Of a DNA stretch of 64,000 nucleotides, positions 39,801-53,275 are shown in pieces. Position 1 is the stretch's first letter; every line of letters begins with the position of its first letter. Source of the DNA: the human T2T-CHM13v2.0 reference genome, Homo sapiens; NCBI RefSeq assembly GCF_009914755.1, contig NC_060942.1; one strand, 5' to 3'. The position numbers were made by a program, and so were the translations under genes. The notes below the pieces were generated by a model. That model worked only from the letters and a program-made list of their open reading frames with translations. It did no database searches and was not told the origin of the DNA.

Positions 39801-40070
39801 AGAGGTTGGCTAAAGCATACCAACATACAGTTAGATAGAAGGAATAAGTTCTAATGTTTGATAACAGAGCAGGGTGACTATAGTTAACAATAATGTATAT
39901 ATCAAAATATCTAAAAGAGAGGACTTGAAATATTCCCAAGACATAAAAATGATAAATACTCAAGTGATGGACACCTTAAATACCTTGAGTTGATCATTAC
40001 ACATTCTATGCATGTAAGAAAATAACACGTGTACTCCATATATATGCACAAATATTATGTATCAGTAAAA
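33876..40070 (+). mobile_element. L1MA (L1MA4-like) with both ends present, an internal deletion plus displaced inverted ORF1 segment, and an LTR insertion
   Basis: 5' UTR start (aagacggctgacta), ORF1 and ORF2 remnants (endonuclease FSRIDHML motif at ~36060), L1MA 3' UTR; degenerate TSD aaaaacccgattgt (33860) / aaaaacttgattat (40068). Confidence 0.88.
39278..39754 (+). mobile_element. MER66-like ERV1 solo LTR inserted in the L1 3' UTR
   Basis: TG...CA termini (tgaggtaggaggc...ttgcatca), AATAAA at ~39645, 4-bp TSD ctac/atac. Confidence 0.8.
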
Positions 40071-40449
40071 AACTTGATTATATTCTCATACAGAATTGCC
40101 TACCTATCCGTGATGTGGAAAATGCACTGAAATTGAAGGACAAAATAAAGCCCATCAGCTCTGGAGCCAGGGATAAGTCACAGCCTCTGGACACCAAGGG
40201 CCTCATCCATCAGATAAAGAAGTTGGAGCTTCAGGGGTCTGTGAGTTCACATACAGCATCCAAGAACATGGAGGGACAGCAATAGGCCCAGAAAGAGACC
40301 CCTCACGTGACTACCACGGTCTCATCACAAGTGATTTTGATCATTGTCAGACATCCTGTGCCTTTCCACAGAATAAAGCACAGGCTGTGTTGAGAAGAAC
40401 AGAAGGGAATTGAGCCTTTGATCCTCTTGTAATCTGTGTGAGAAAGATC

Positions 40450-40950
40450 ATGGAACACCTCTGTGACATTCAACAATACTCATGCCAGGTAAGCAAAGAT
40501 GAATGACGTGCATAGTTCACTTGGAGGGGAGACAGAGAGGTAAATGTATTTAATTTCACTGTGATAGGGGTTATGAAGGTGTTACGCATGGAAACTGACT
40601 GGAGGTGGCTGTGCAGAGAAGAGAGGCTCAGGAGGGTTTCCCAGAGAAGGGGACAACTGGGCTCAATTGTGACTACATTAGCTAAGTGAGGTGTGCATTG
40701 AGAGGAGGGGAAAGAAAGTCAGGGGAGGGTGCTCTAGGAAAGAGTACAGCACGAATAAAGGCTTGCAGCACAGAAGAGCTACGGGGAGTGTGGTGTTGCT
40801 GACAGATAAATCGAGAAGTGGGGAGCTGGAGAAGTAGACAAGGTCCTAAAGGGCCTCGCCACTCACATTAAAGGACTCGTGTTTTATTTAATAGGCAATG
40901 AGAAGTCAATGAATTGATGATTTTTTGGGAGAAACAGAGTACACTTTGGA
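40450..40950 (-). mobile_element. L2 fragment
   Basis: catgccagg...agggtttcccagagaagggga...taggcaatgagaagtca, antisense L2. Confidence 0.6.
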
Positions 40951-42139
40951 TAAATTATTCTCCCCTTTTATGTTAAAACAGTTCCAGAATTGTTATCTCA
41001 GGAAACACATTTTCTTACATTTTCAAACTGTAAAACTCACACATGTGCATTGTAGAAACGTTGGAAAATATACAAAGGCATAATCGATAAGAAAAAATTA
41101 TACATCAACTTATCAAATGGAGACCATTACTAGCAACATTTTGGGATATATTCCTCCAGTCCTTTTTATGTTCATATTTAAAAATAGTTGAAGTTACAAG
41201 GTCTATGGTACTTTAAAAAAGTTTTTATATAAAAATAAATGCTATATACATTTCCCATTTTTCTGAAAATGTAGCCAATAAGAAGCTTCCTGCCTGGTCT
41301 CCTTCCTGCTGCTCTCCCCACCCCAGTCTATTCTCAACACAGAAGCCAAAGTAATTCTACTCAAATGTTCAGAAAAGTATGAATAGCAATAAGAAAAAAA
41401 GTTAATATACACACCCACCACCCAGAGTCCCACTGTTAACATTGTGGGGTAATTTTTTCCTGGTCTTATTTTTCCTGAGAATTAAAAAAAATACCTTAGG
41501 TGATATGGAATAAAGGTTTTTGTTTTTCATTGTCTTTTAGCATAAGGCCAACTTTTAACAGGAAGTCAATTATACAAACAAATATTTACAAAATATTTCC
41601 TAAAGCACATGCCAATCATACAATCATATAATCTACAGCCCCTGACCTCAGATCAAGAGAGACCACAGGAGAGCAGCAGAATTGGTCTGAATTGCTTAAA
41701 TCTATTTTGAAATTGTATTTTGAATTGTATTTTACTGTTATGTATTAAGCTTGAGTTAAGAGATAGCATTTTTCATACATTTGCTGTCATATTTGCTTTA
41801 AGGATGTTATTGAGGTCTTGTCCATTACATCAGACAATGCCTCCATTAAGGGATCTCAAGAGACACATTTTTCTCATATCTTATTGCTAAAAAATGTTCT
41901 GCTTCTACTTTATCAGAGAGTGTGAGTTTTAAAAATCTTATTGGCAATGAAAACTAGGTAACTCAACTCATCTTCTTTTTATTGTCCACTAGGAAATTAG
42001 AGCATAAGTGAGAGGTTCCTTTGCCACCATGTCGCACTTTACGTCACACATATTTGTGTCCTACATTTTTATCTGGCCTTTTCTTATTCTATCCTTATTT
42101 TCTCTTTCTCCTGACTTCCTGACATATACACTCCCCCTT

Positions 42140-42335
42140 CATGTATGTGTATGTGTGTATCTACAGCTATATATATGTGTGTGTATAATTATGTGTATAT
42201 ATGCATAAGTGTGTATATATACACATATAGTTTAAGCAATACAGACCATAGCTATACATATATCTACATACACACATATGCATATATATCTATCCACATT
42301 TACAAATATAGAGAGAACATTTATATGCATATATT
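42140..42335. repeat. Degenerate (TA/TG/CA) low-complexity tract
   Basis: Directly visible. Confidence 0.8.
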
Positions 42336-43238
42336 TCTACAGTGCTCTCTTATGGTATAGTAATTTTTATCACATTTTTGGAATGAGAAATCACCTATTG
42401 TGTAGGTGATTTGGGCAGGGAGACCAGTTAGAAACAGTGGCAATGGGACAGGCAATGCCACCCTGGGCTAGGACCACGGGTATTCATGTGGGGAGAAGGA
42501 AATGGAACCAAGAAATATTTATAAGGCAGATACATCTCAAATTAATGCTGGATTAGTTGTGATGGAAAGAAAAGTGACCTCCAGGTTTCAAGCCTAGGCT
42601 GTAGGTTTTCCAACTGGGGCAGGGAGTAGTTTGGGAGGAAATATGAGACCTCCATTTTTGGGCATGCTGATTTGAAGGAAACTGTCTAGAACAGCCAGGT
42701 GGAGATACCCAAGCTTTGCCTACCACTCCATTAGTTTCCACTGATGCTCATTCACTTCCATTATTTTTTTCTGCTTGGAGTATAGCCACCTTAGCTTCTA
42801 GCACTGACCAAACTTGAGTCATCTTTCTGGGCCCAGTTGAGGTCCTACACTTCCAAGAGGCCTTGTAGCCCACTTTTCTTCTGACCTCCAACAGCACTTG
42901 CTATCTGCATTATCTTTAGAGCAAAGACTTGAAGCCCTTTATGTTGCTATCTACTTGTTTTATCTCATAGGTGAAATTCACCTACTTATTCATTCGGTGA
43001 ATATTTAGTGTAAGCATCCACACGTTCTGTGCTAGGTGATGGGCACACAGATGACTCAGACATGGTCTCGGCTCTTAAAGAGTTGACTATCCACTGGAAG
43101 AGGAGATGATGCAACATGAGCAAGTTACTCTGTGCCCTTGAAGGAACACAAGGTTCGTTCTCTTCTTTATTGTTTACTCTCATGGTGGCTTGCTCAGGCT
43201 GCATGCAGAGCCAAGCCTCAACGAACAGCATATCAATT

Positions 43239-43280
43239 CTATCCATTCTAGCTTCCAGACTATCCATTCTAGCTTCCAGA
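43239..43280. repeat. Perfect 21-bp tandem duplication
   Basis: CTATCCATTCTAGCTTCCAGA x2 (43239-43259, 43260-43280). Confidence 0.95.
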
Positions 43281-44399
43281 AGAGAAATTCCATAGCAAAC
43301 CCTGGGGGATGAAATCTGATCTCTCTCTGAGCCATCCAAATTCACTTTATACACAGTGTGAGTCATGACAGTGTATAATGCCTGTCCCTAAAATGTGGCT
43401 TTCGTCTGTGTGGCCATGTTTCTCCTGCTGTGCTCACACCCCAAAAGAGGCAAAATCTTATAAGAAGCTCCAATATAGTGGCAATGTTTTGCTTTTCTAG
43501 AGTGGACTTGATTTTTCACAGCAGTTATGAGGCATCTCAGTCATGGCAGGCAAAGACCCTTTTCACTCAGAAACATAAGGCATGAGAAGGAACTTGACAG
43601 CATTGTGGAAAGCAGTGAGCTGTTAGTCGGAAAGGATAATCAGTTACCTTCTGGGATCTGCCCTCAACTAACTGCTTTGACTTGGGTAAGCCAGTAAACT
43701 GCTCCCTGCTTTGGGGCCCTAATTCATGAAAGAAGATGGCTACAGAAATGGGATTCCAATACTGTTTATGTTCTCCTTTTGTTTTTTTTCATGTGATTTT
43801 CTTTGTAAATGTCTATAATTAGTTTTCCAGAATGACAGTTAATCTGAATGAGTTGGCTTCTGCTCCAGTTGTCAATGGGAAGACATAGAAACTATCAGTT
43901 TTAGAAGTTAGGCAATATTTGAATATGTTGTCTTAAAGACACTTTTTTCAACACATGAGAATGATTTATTGAGAAGGAGTTAAGATGTGACTGAGTTGGG
44001 TGACAACTTTGGGTTGTTGCCCCAGAGCTCAAGGGTGTGCCTGTGAGAGTCCTCAACTGGCATGATGGAGAAAGCTTTGGCTGTCAGATGGAAGACATCA
44101 GTCTTGGCCCTAGAACTTGCTACTGATGAGACTCAGGACAAGGTCTGAGACTCTCTAGACTCCAGTCTCTTTCCTTACAAAATAATGCTTGATCTAGATT
44201 CTTTTCAATCTTCTCTCCAGCTCTAGCAGTCGACTATCTCTTGTAAACTATGTACGTAAGAGTGGTTATGTGTGTGATTTGTGAGCAACACTTTGTTTAA
44301 AGTTGCAAGCTCTCTTAGTTTTCACAATAATAACAATGTCTGACAGTTTCTCATTCTGCAAACAACAGCTTCTTGGTTTGTTTAGTGCAACACAGAATT

Positions 44400-44625
44400 G
44401 TGAAAAGCTCACAGGCTTTGAAAGCAGAGATACCCAGGCCCAAGTCTACCACTGACTGTCACGTCTTAACTGTGTGGTTCTTAGCATGTCACTTTTAATG
44501 TCAAAGTCTTATTTACCTCCTCCATAAATTGGACATTCTCATATCATGGGTGTGTGTTCTTTTTTGTTGTGATAAGTGATTGGCACAGGTTTGTCACATG
44601 GTGACATGTTTAATAAGTAGTAGGT
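44400..44625 (+). mobile_element. MIR
   Basis: cacaggctttgaaagcaga...actgtgtggttcttagcatgtcactt...taataagtagtagg. Confidence 0.65.
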
Positions 44626-44733
44626 TTTATAATGTTTTCAGGCTTAATAAAGGCATTTGGTTTATTAATCAAAGATTAATGAACAATGCTGTCACTTTTT
44701 GGTTTATTCTACAACAAAAATAAGCTAACAACT

Positions 44734-45072
44734 TTTCTTTCTTTCTTTCTTTTCTTTCTCTTTCTTTTTTTTTTTTTTTTTGTTTGTTTGTTAAGCAGGG
44801 TCTCACTCTGTCACCCAGGCTAGACTGCAGTGGTGCAATCCTAGCTCATTGCAACCTTGAACTCCTACGGTCAAATGAGCCTCCCACCTCAGCCTTCTGA
44901 GTAGCTAGGACTACAAGTGTGTACTACTATGCCAGGCTAATTTAAAAAAAATTGTAGAGATGACATCTTGCTATATTGCCCAGGCTGGTCTAAAACTCAT
45001 GGCCTGAAGGGATCCTCTCACCTCAGCCTCCCCAAATGTGGGGATTACAGGCATGAGCCACCATCCCCAGTG
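44734..45072 (-). mobile_element. AluJ with (TTTC)/T tail
   Basis: Antisense Alu with J diagnostics; TSD core taacaactt on both sides. Confidence 0.92.
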
Positions 45073-47349
45073 AGTAACAACTTCTTGGTGTTGGAGAAAA
45101 ACAAATACACAAACTCTGTGGGCTCACTTTCTTCATTTATAAAATTAAGGATGCCCCAGATGATTCCTAAGGCCTCTCTATAATTTTTTGTCTGGCTCAT
45201 AAACTGGATCTGGATATAATTCCAAAGTAATTCAAGTAAATACATTCCAGAATGGGGTTTTAAGTAATAACAGCATCATTGCAATAAATTTAAGCATGAT
45301 TACTTTAGAGGACAATACTCTTTTAGATGTGTGATTCAAGTCAGGTTATTTTAATATTAATAATATGTATGTAATGCCTACCTTGCTACAGTCCAGCAAG
45401 TGTTTTTGTTACATTTTGTAGCCACACCTTAGACCTGTGGGAAGAACAGGAAAGAACAGCAGGAAGAGATGGAGACAATATGAGGTAGAAGGTCAGGATA
45501 AAAGCAAGGTGACCTGGCAAGGCTGGCTCTGTCTTCCCCCTGGTTGGACAATGACTTGCTTGCATTGTGTGCCTTACTTTACTCAATAAATATATTCCTG
45601 AAAGTAGCTTCAAAACATTTGCAGATTGAATCATGTTTTCGGTGTAACACAGGCATGTTCTATTGAAACCACTCCCATGGTAAAACTTTTTGTAAAAAGA
45701 GACATTATTCTCTAATTCTAAATCTACATTGGATTTTCTTAAAGGAAAGTTCAACTGTAATTATTTTCCTGGAGAGGAAAAGTGATGTCAAGCCACCCTG
45801 ATGAGAGCCTGGTGTGGGAACAGCTTGTCTGGCCTCTTGGGATCTCTGGGGAAAGTAGACGGAGATGAGGAATAGACACGTATTCCAGAACTGGACTTCG
45901 AATGGGCCTTTGGCCAAACTTGGCCCAATTTCTCAACAGAGAGAAAGCACTGACCCAAGCTGAAGACTGATTCACAGCCAACCTGCTTTGGACACGTTGT
46001 CCTCTGCCAGGCAAGCCAGCGCCCTATCCCTGAGGCACTTGCTGGCCAGGGGAAGGAAATGCTGGGAGAGGAAGCCTTGCTCTTTCCCCCTTTGCTGCAT
46101 AGTTCCAGCTTTTGTGCAGCTCTCATGTTTGGGGATGGGGGAGGAAGGGAGAAGACTGGGAAGTGGGAGGAGGGGGACGAGGCCACCCATGAAGATGCAG
46201 GGAAAGCCAGCAAAGGCCAGGAGGGAGTCATTGCAGAAGAAGAGAATAATGTGAATGAACTTGGGGACAAAGGGGAAATAAGGAAGGGGTTCAGGGAAAC
46301 CTCACAAACTAGATGGAAAAGAAAGAGGAAGGGGAAATTCCCAGGATAGAAAGTAAACCAGGAAGAGACGAAGAGGAGGGCTTCTCCAGGTGTGACCCAC
46401 ACCCCAAATTCAAACATTCTTGATTTAGAAAAATGTCCTGTGATTCATTCTCCAATGGGAAGTCCACTGTGTAGAAATTTTCTTTAACAATTTCTTCTTG
46501 ACATGCTCCTGGAATTATAAGGAATTTGGGCATGAGAGCTCCTTTTCCAAAAAGATTCATGAGAGGACTTCTTCCTCGGTGCTGACTGCATTTGGAAGAG
46601 CAGTTGAATTAGGAATGGCTTGCAAAAATGTTAGTAGGGATGGAAGAGAGTGTTGGAGACGAGGAGTGATTAATATTCAAAATTCAGGTTTGTGTTCAAT
46701 TTTGAAGTCACTGTTTTAGTTTTGATATCAATGTAAGGAGTGTAAGACCTGTGTAAATGGGATATCAGGTTAAAAAATCCAGCCTGCTCCATCCTGAGGA
46801 GAGCACAAATACATGGGACTCACAGATAATTCAAATGTTGACTTCACTACTCCAGCTGTCAAAGCAGTTCTGAGCGAGAACAAGACTGTTTGTAGGAACT
46901 CTAGTTCTTTCGCATTACCTGTCTTCCTGGAGGTAGAATCATCAGGAAGAAGAAACCAAGAGGAGCAGAATCAGATGGGTGAAGTAACCCGTGCATTATG
47001 TAAACAATCTTTGGCCCATAACCTAGGGTGAGCCAACATATTAATATTTAACTACTAACTCACAGGATCAACCAATCAGATTTGGCCCTGGACATAGCCC
47101 CAATCAGCCCTGGAGATAACATTCCCATGGCAACACTAATGCATTCTTCACTGAATGGTTGGCAACACTAATGCACTTACTCATTTAAGATTCTTTGTTT
47201 AATGTATGTCTTCCCCTCCAGACTGTAAGCCTATTGAAGGGTTTCCCTAGCATGTTGTGGGTGCTCAATAAATAACTATTGTCTGACGGCAAATACCACA
47301 CCCCTGAGCCATATGGAAGACATCTCCCCTCATGGTGTTGTGGCTAATT

Positions 47350-47540
47350 CAGAAGTGGCATAGAGTCATGAAAAAGTGCTTCACATCAGGACAGCAGCTC
47401 AGCTCCTGACCTGGTTCTGCTTTTCTCTCACTGTGTGACTTTGGACAAGTCATCTCCTCTCCCTCTACCTCTGACTCCTTTGCTATGAAATGACAGGATT
47501 GGATTTGATGATCTCTGAGGCCGATTTCAGCTCTAATACT
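47350..47540 (+). mobile_element. MIR/MIR3
   Basis: ctgtgtgactttggacaagtca...ggatttgatgatctctgagg...cagctctaa. Confidence 0.7.
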
Positions 47541-48672
47541 CAGTGGTTCAGCACACCCATAAAGTGCACAGCAGAGGTTTGTTTGTGACCAAAACAGAAT
47601 GTTAGGAACTGAAAAAACTGCCAAAGACCACTTTAGAGGAAAAGTGGAAACAAGGTTTTGTGTGAAATATGCTTGGCTTGCACAATGCAAGTGATTCTTT
47701 TGTGAGAGCGGAAGGCCATAGGGTGTGATTACTTTATCTGCCACTAAGCTTCCTGGGCAGCCCAGGCCAAGCTAAAGATACCTATCACTCTTGTTCAAGG
47801 TCTGTTTCCTACTGAGTTGTCACACTGTTGAATTATTGTTGAGTTGAAGTCCAAAAGGGGAAATATTTTGCAATCTAGAGTTGGACCCTGGAGCTATACA
47901 ACTATGATTACTGATACAGATTTTCCCAGAAAATCTCAGTGCACCGAGGTCATACCAAGGAGCCCTCATACTTCTGTATGCTACTGTCAGCTTACTCTGC
48001 TGGTGGTGCTGAAGTTCCGTGAACATTTTCCCCAATGAGCAAGTAAAAACATTTCATTTTGCCTCTTCCTGAACCATTTTTTTAAAAGTTTTTATATGAA
48101 ATAAATCTTTACATTAAAAAAGATACACAATAGCATTTACTTTTAAAAATAAAATTTAAAATATGATGTGTATATTTAAGGTATACAACATTATGTTATG
48201 GGATACATATAGATAGTAAAAAGGTTACTATAATAAAACAAATATATTCAGCATCTCACAGAGTTATCCCCATTGCCCTGCCCCTTTGTTTGGTAAGAGC
48301 AGCTAAAATCTACTCATTTAACAGGACTCCTAAATGCATAAAATTTTATTAATTACAGTCCTCCTGTACATTAGAGCTCTAGGCTTATTCATTCTAATAT
48401 ATGCTACTTGATAACCTCTGACCTACATCTTCCCATTTGTTCCCCTTTTCCCTAACCCCTGGTAACTACTGTTTTATTCTCTGTGTTTGTATATTTGACT
48501 TTAATTTTGGTTTAGATTCTACATACAAGTGATATCATAAAATGTTTTTCTTTCTATGCCTGGCTTACTTCATCTAGTGTAATATCCTCCAGTTCCATCC
48601 AAGTTGTGGCAAATGGCAGGATTTCCTTTTTTAAGGCTGAATAACATTCTATTGGATGGATAGCTAGATGAT

Positions 48673-48712
<40 letters not shown>
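48673..48712. repeat. (GATA)10 microsatellite
   Basis: Directly visible inside the L1. Confidence 0.95.
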
Positions 48713-48713
<1 letters not shown>

Positions 48714-48932
48714 AGAGTGTCCTGTGTACTGAGTCAGAGGACACATATATCTGTTTCTTTATCCATTTGTCCATTGATGGACACTTAGGTTGTTCCCATA
48801 TCTTGACTATTGTGAATAATGCTGCAACAAACATGGGTGTGCAGATATCTTTATGAGGTGGTGATTTCATCTCCTTGGGTATATAATCAGAAGAGGGATT
48901 ACTATGTTAAATGGTCATTCTATTTTTAATCA

Positions 48933-49132
48933 ATTTTTTTGAGACAGGGTTTCACTTCATTGCTCAGGCTGGAGTGCAGTGGCATGATCATGGCTACTGT
49001 AGCCTCAACCTCCCATGCTCAAGTCATCCTCCCACCTCAGCCTCCCAAGTAGCTAAGACTACAGACATGTGCCACCATGCTGGGCTAATTTTTTAGTTTT
49101 TTGTAGAGATGTGAACTCACCATGTGGCTTAG
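48933..49132 (-). mobile_element. Partial AluJ (right arm plus part of the left arm)
   Basis: gagacagggtttcac...caggctggagtgcagtggcatgatcatggc...tagagatg. Confidence 0.85.
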
Positions 49133-50149
49133 GTTTTTCTTAATTTGTCTAGGAACCTCCATATTGTTTTCCATAATGCTTGCGCCAATCTACATTTCCA
49201 CCAACAATGTACAATTTTTCCCTTTTCTCCACACCCTTGCTGACATTTTTTATCTCTTGACTTTTATGATTATCATCCTAATGGACATGAGGTGAAATAA
49301 GCTTTTAAAAAAACCTTTTTTTATGTAGCTCTGTTTAAAAAGCACTTTAGGAAGAAGGACATATTTGTCTGCACAAAAAGAGTATCCTGTGTACTGAGTC
49401 AAAGGATGACAAGCCCATAGCTCCTTGAATCTTAACACAGATGCTACTATGACTATTAGCTTTTAAACTCCTGCCATCCTCAGAGAGCCTATGATAGTGA
49501 TGAAGAAAGAATTATATAACATGACGGGTTCAAAGATCCCAGGACAGGTATCAAAACCCCAGCTTCCAAACCAGTTGCGTGTATTCCTCTGAGCAAATCC
49601 CGGCCTCTCTGAGCCACTGTTGACTCCCATGTGAACCGTTCATCCAGGTGCCCAGAAGCTCTGCGTTCTGTGGAGCCTTAGAAGTCCAGGTGGGAGGCAG
49701 GTGGAAAGAGAGAAGGACCAAGAGACAGACGGGGGTTCCGTGTCCCTGGAGCCAGAGCTCTACTTTTGTCTTTTATACGTGTCCGAGGTCTGCTAAAATG
49801 TCACTGAAGAAAAGATTATGCTGTCTATAAAGAGTTTGAAAGCACAGGATTAGATGACCCCTAAAGACACTCTTAGTTCTTTAAAAAAAAAAAAAAAAGT
49901 CCTCTGGGTTCATGTTCACATAAACTCACAAGCTTAGGTACACACACACAAACACACACTCTCATGCTTACACACACCCTCCACTATAAAAACAAACAAG
50001 ATTGATTAACATTTCATGAATCGTGCTGAAAAGTTAATTCAGATGTCCTTCTCTCTGAATGCTCTGCTGTCCTCTGCAGGTCCCCAGGTCCTGCTGGGAG
50101 TTGGGGAAGCACTGCATGTGACCAAGTCTTCAGCTGAAAATCAAATCAG

Positions 50150-50330
50150 TTAGAGCTAAGTGAAGCTTAGAGCTCATCTGTCCCCTGCTTAACTGTATAT
50201 ATGATGAATGCAAGGCCTGGAAAGGGGAGTGACTTACCCAAGGTTATATAACTAGCTGGTGGCAGAGCCACCATTAGGGGTCACTTCTCCGAATCCCAGC
50301 CCAGTGTCCTTCCCACCATACTATGCTCTT
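50150..50330 (-). mobile_element. MIR
   Basis: gtgacttacccaaggttatataactagctggtggcagagcc. Confidence 0.75.
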
Positions 50331-50466
50331 GAAAAATGATGGAACTACATGGAATGACTGAATATTCTGTATTGATAGACTCTAAAATAAAAATATTTCC
50401 CACCCATCTCTGTGGTATGGGTAGATCTTTAGAGCTATTAAGACCCTCCCCTACCAAAAAAATACC

Positions 50467-50475
50467 ATACACACA

Positions 50476-50507
<32 letters not shown>

Positions 50508-50519
50508 TACACACACACA
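50467..50519. repeat. Interrupted (CA)n microsatellite
   Basis: Directly visible. Confidence 0.95.
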
Positions 50520-52877
50520 GGCACTTTGCCAAGGGGATAAGGGGTAATGAAAAACCCTTGGCAAGTGGATACTTCAAAGCTTTAGAGAGTTTATCTGAAG
50601 AAGACTTTGAATAGAGTGCAATGTTTTATGAGTTTTCCTAATCCCTCAGTAAATGTGCCTTGCTGAATAAGCAGAAACATTTTTAATGACTGTTAAAGAG
50701 TTATAGACACAGGCCTGTGACTGGGTATTAGAGTAGGGTTTCCTAGGACCTTTAGTCTCCTGCACTCCAGGACTGGAAGTAGAATTTATATCTGTGCCAC
50801 TGGTTCTGAGCTAATAAATTTAGAGCCCAAGGCTCTTTCTTCTGAAGGTTGGTGGCCACTTACTGTTTACTCAGTGCTAGCAACTGCTACTTCTACCACC
50901 ACTAATTATCTCTACCTCTATTGCCACCACTAAAAATGTCCTTTTAGCTCATTTTAGCCTCACAATATCCCAGAGAGGTGTGTCATATGAGTTTAGAATC
51001 CCTTCTTCAGGTAGGAAGAGAATAGTGTGCCAGCAATTGAGATGGGCTCAGTACACTTTGTTGAGCTTGAGCCAGGAAAGGGGACTGAGTTTCAGGAAGT
51101 CCAGGGGAGCCAGGTCATAGTGTAAGAGATGAGAGGCCTAGAGAAAGAAAAGGCCTACTGCCCTCATGGTTGAAAGTCCTGAGAAGAAGACTGAGGTCAG
51201 GACACACGCTAGACAGCTACGGGGCTGTCAGGGCATCAAAGCCAGGAAGACAGATGCTGCCTTGGAGCTGGAGGCTCTCCCAGCTCTGCTCTGCACTATC
51301 CCTGCCTCTCCTGCTTCTGGGGCCTCTGGGTAATTCCATTTCAGGCAGCAGCTTCAGTTGGGTTGGAATTTTAAGAATTTGTCCAGTAATTTGCAGCTTA
51401 CTATCCGGGGGTGGAATGAGTAAAATGGGGCATTTTCAGGGCAGATTTTAGAGTCGAGGCTATAAACCCAAGAGCTGTGGCTTCCTGGGGTCTCTTTCAG
51501 GACTCACACTGCATCCCTTAAACTTACCCTCTCTTTTGCAGTAGCCCCAAGTGGAGGGGTTCATTTCATCTCCTAGGTCTTACACCCCTCTTGATAATTA
51601 AAACTCATTTTTAGGAGATGGGAGATTTAATTGTTACTTTAACACTGTGTAGATTTGTGTGACATAAAGGCAAGTCTAGCATGGCTTAACAAAACCCGCC
51701 AAAAAACCAGGATAAGAAAAGGCACTGAACACACAGAGTGAAGTGAACCCAAATTGCTATGGTCTCTACCTTCTGCATCAAGGAAGACAAAACAGGAATT
51801 GGGAAGAGTCAAGGTCAGGATGGGCATGGACTCTCCCAAGGATAAATATGTCAAGAAGAGTTGAATGACAAAATCAAAATTCAGAAAAGGGAAAAACACA
51901 TTTTTCAAAATAACAAGTTTCCAAAGCTATTCATGTAGGATATCTGATTTTTTTTTGAGTGGACATTTAAAACAAAAATCAGAAAAATGACAACATATTT
52001 CTACCCAGACTAAAAATGTTCTCGTGTCGTTTCAGACTTCTTCCATCCTCAGGACTGGTAAATCTTTGTACCCTAAAATGGGTTGGAAGGAAAAAAGCAA
52101 TGACTCATATCCCATGCTGAAAGCTTGATGATTTTCAAGACAAGAAAAGGCTGTGGGAAGGCTCAGAGCCCAGGAACAAAAGGCAGACAAATATTTTGGG
52201 AGTGAGAGGAGAAGCAGGGACTGCTGGAGGGAAAAGAGAAAAGAGAGTATTAAGAAGAAGAGAAGGGAATCCACATAGAACACTTTTTATTAGTCAAGGA
52301 GGATTTTCACAAAGATTCCCTTAAAGACAAGTAAGGCCCTACACTTGCAAATAAGACAAGAATAATGAGCTAATCTGAGAGACTACATTCAACTTTCCAC
52401 CCCTCAGTACAACTCTGTAAAGTCTAACATTTAAGAAAACTTCTTAAAAGTTCTGAATATGTGTCTCCTAGAACCAATCACCCATATTATGATGACTAAG
52501 TTACACCTAAGATATTTTAAGTATGGATCTTGGAGACACCCTGGAAAGGTATCTGTTTTGTCAAGAGAAGAATCCAGAGGGTTTTCGTAGAAGTGCTTTA
52601 GTGAAGTAAACACATTGAGAATATGCTCCAAGGTCACCTACTTGTTCTGCAGAGTTATTTAGCTCTACTGGGGGCTTCAAGGTGGAAACATTGATATTAC
52701 ATCAATTGTATTAGGTAGACATTGTTCTGTGACAAATTTTAAAATGTGACCCAACTCTATGCTGTGTACAAGAAACTCATTTTAAATATAATGATATAGG
52801 CAGGTTAAAAGTAAAAGAATGGAATAAGATGTATTATGCAAACACTAATCAAAGGAAAGCAAAAGTGGCTATGTATT

Positions 52878-53275
52878 TTTTCCTCTCTTCTTTCTTTTTA
52901 ATTTTACTTTAAGTTCTGGGATACATGTGCAGAACATACAGGTTTGTTACATAGGTATACATGTGCCATAGTGGTTTGCTGCACCCATCAACCCATCATC
53001 TATGTTTTCAGCCCCGCATGCATTAGGTATTTGTCCTAATGGTCTCCCTCCCCTTGACCCCCACCCCTTGACAAGCCCTGGTGTGTGATGTTCCCCTCCC
53101 TGTGTCCATGTGTTCTCATTGTTCAACTCCCACTTATGAGTGAGATCATGCAGTGTTTGGTTTTCTGTTCCTGTGTTAGTTTGCTGAGAATGATGGCTCC
53201 CAGTTTCATCCATCCTGCAAAGGACATGGACTCATTCTTTTTTATGGCTGCATAGTATTCCATGATGTATATGTG
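52878..53275 (-). mobile_element. L1PA7/8-like 3' end, antisense insertion
   Basis: tactttaagttctgggatacatgtgcagaac...gccccgcatgcattagg; TSD aaaagtg(g/t)ctat at 52861 and 53276. Confidence 0.9.

Larger units (their letters stand above)
48150..49300 (-). mobile_element. L1MA7/8-like 3' end
   Basis: tatatttaaggtatacaaca...gggatacatatagatagtaaaaaggttacta; antisense ORF2 C-terminus ([23 protein letters not shown]). Confidence 0.85.

Noticed and set aside
45788-46417. 209-aa minus-strand ORF
   Set aside because: It spans a purine/pyrimidine-skewed low-complexity tract, with no domain similarity or convincing gene structure.
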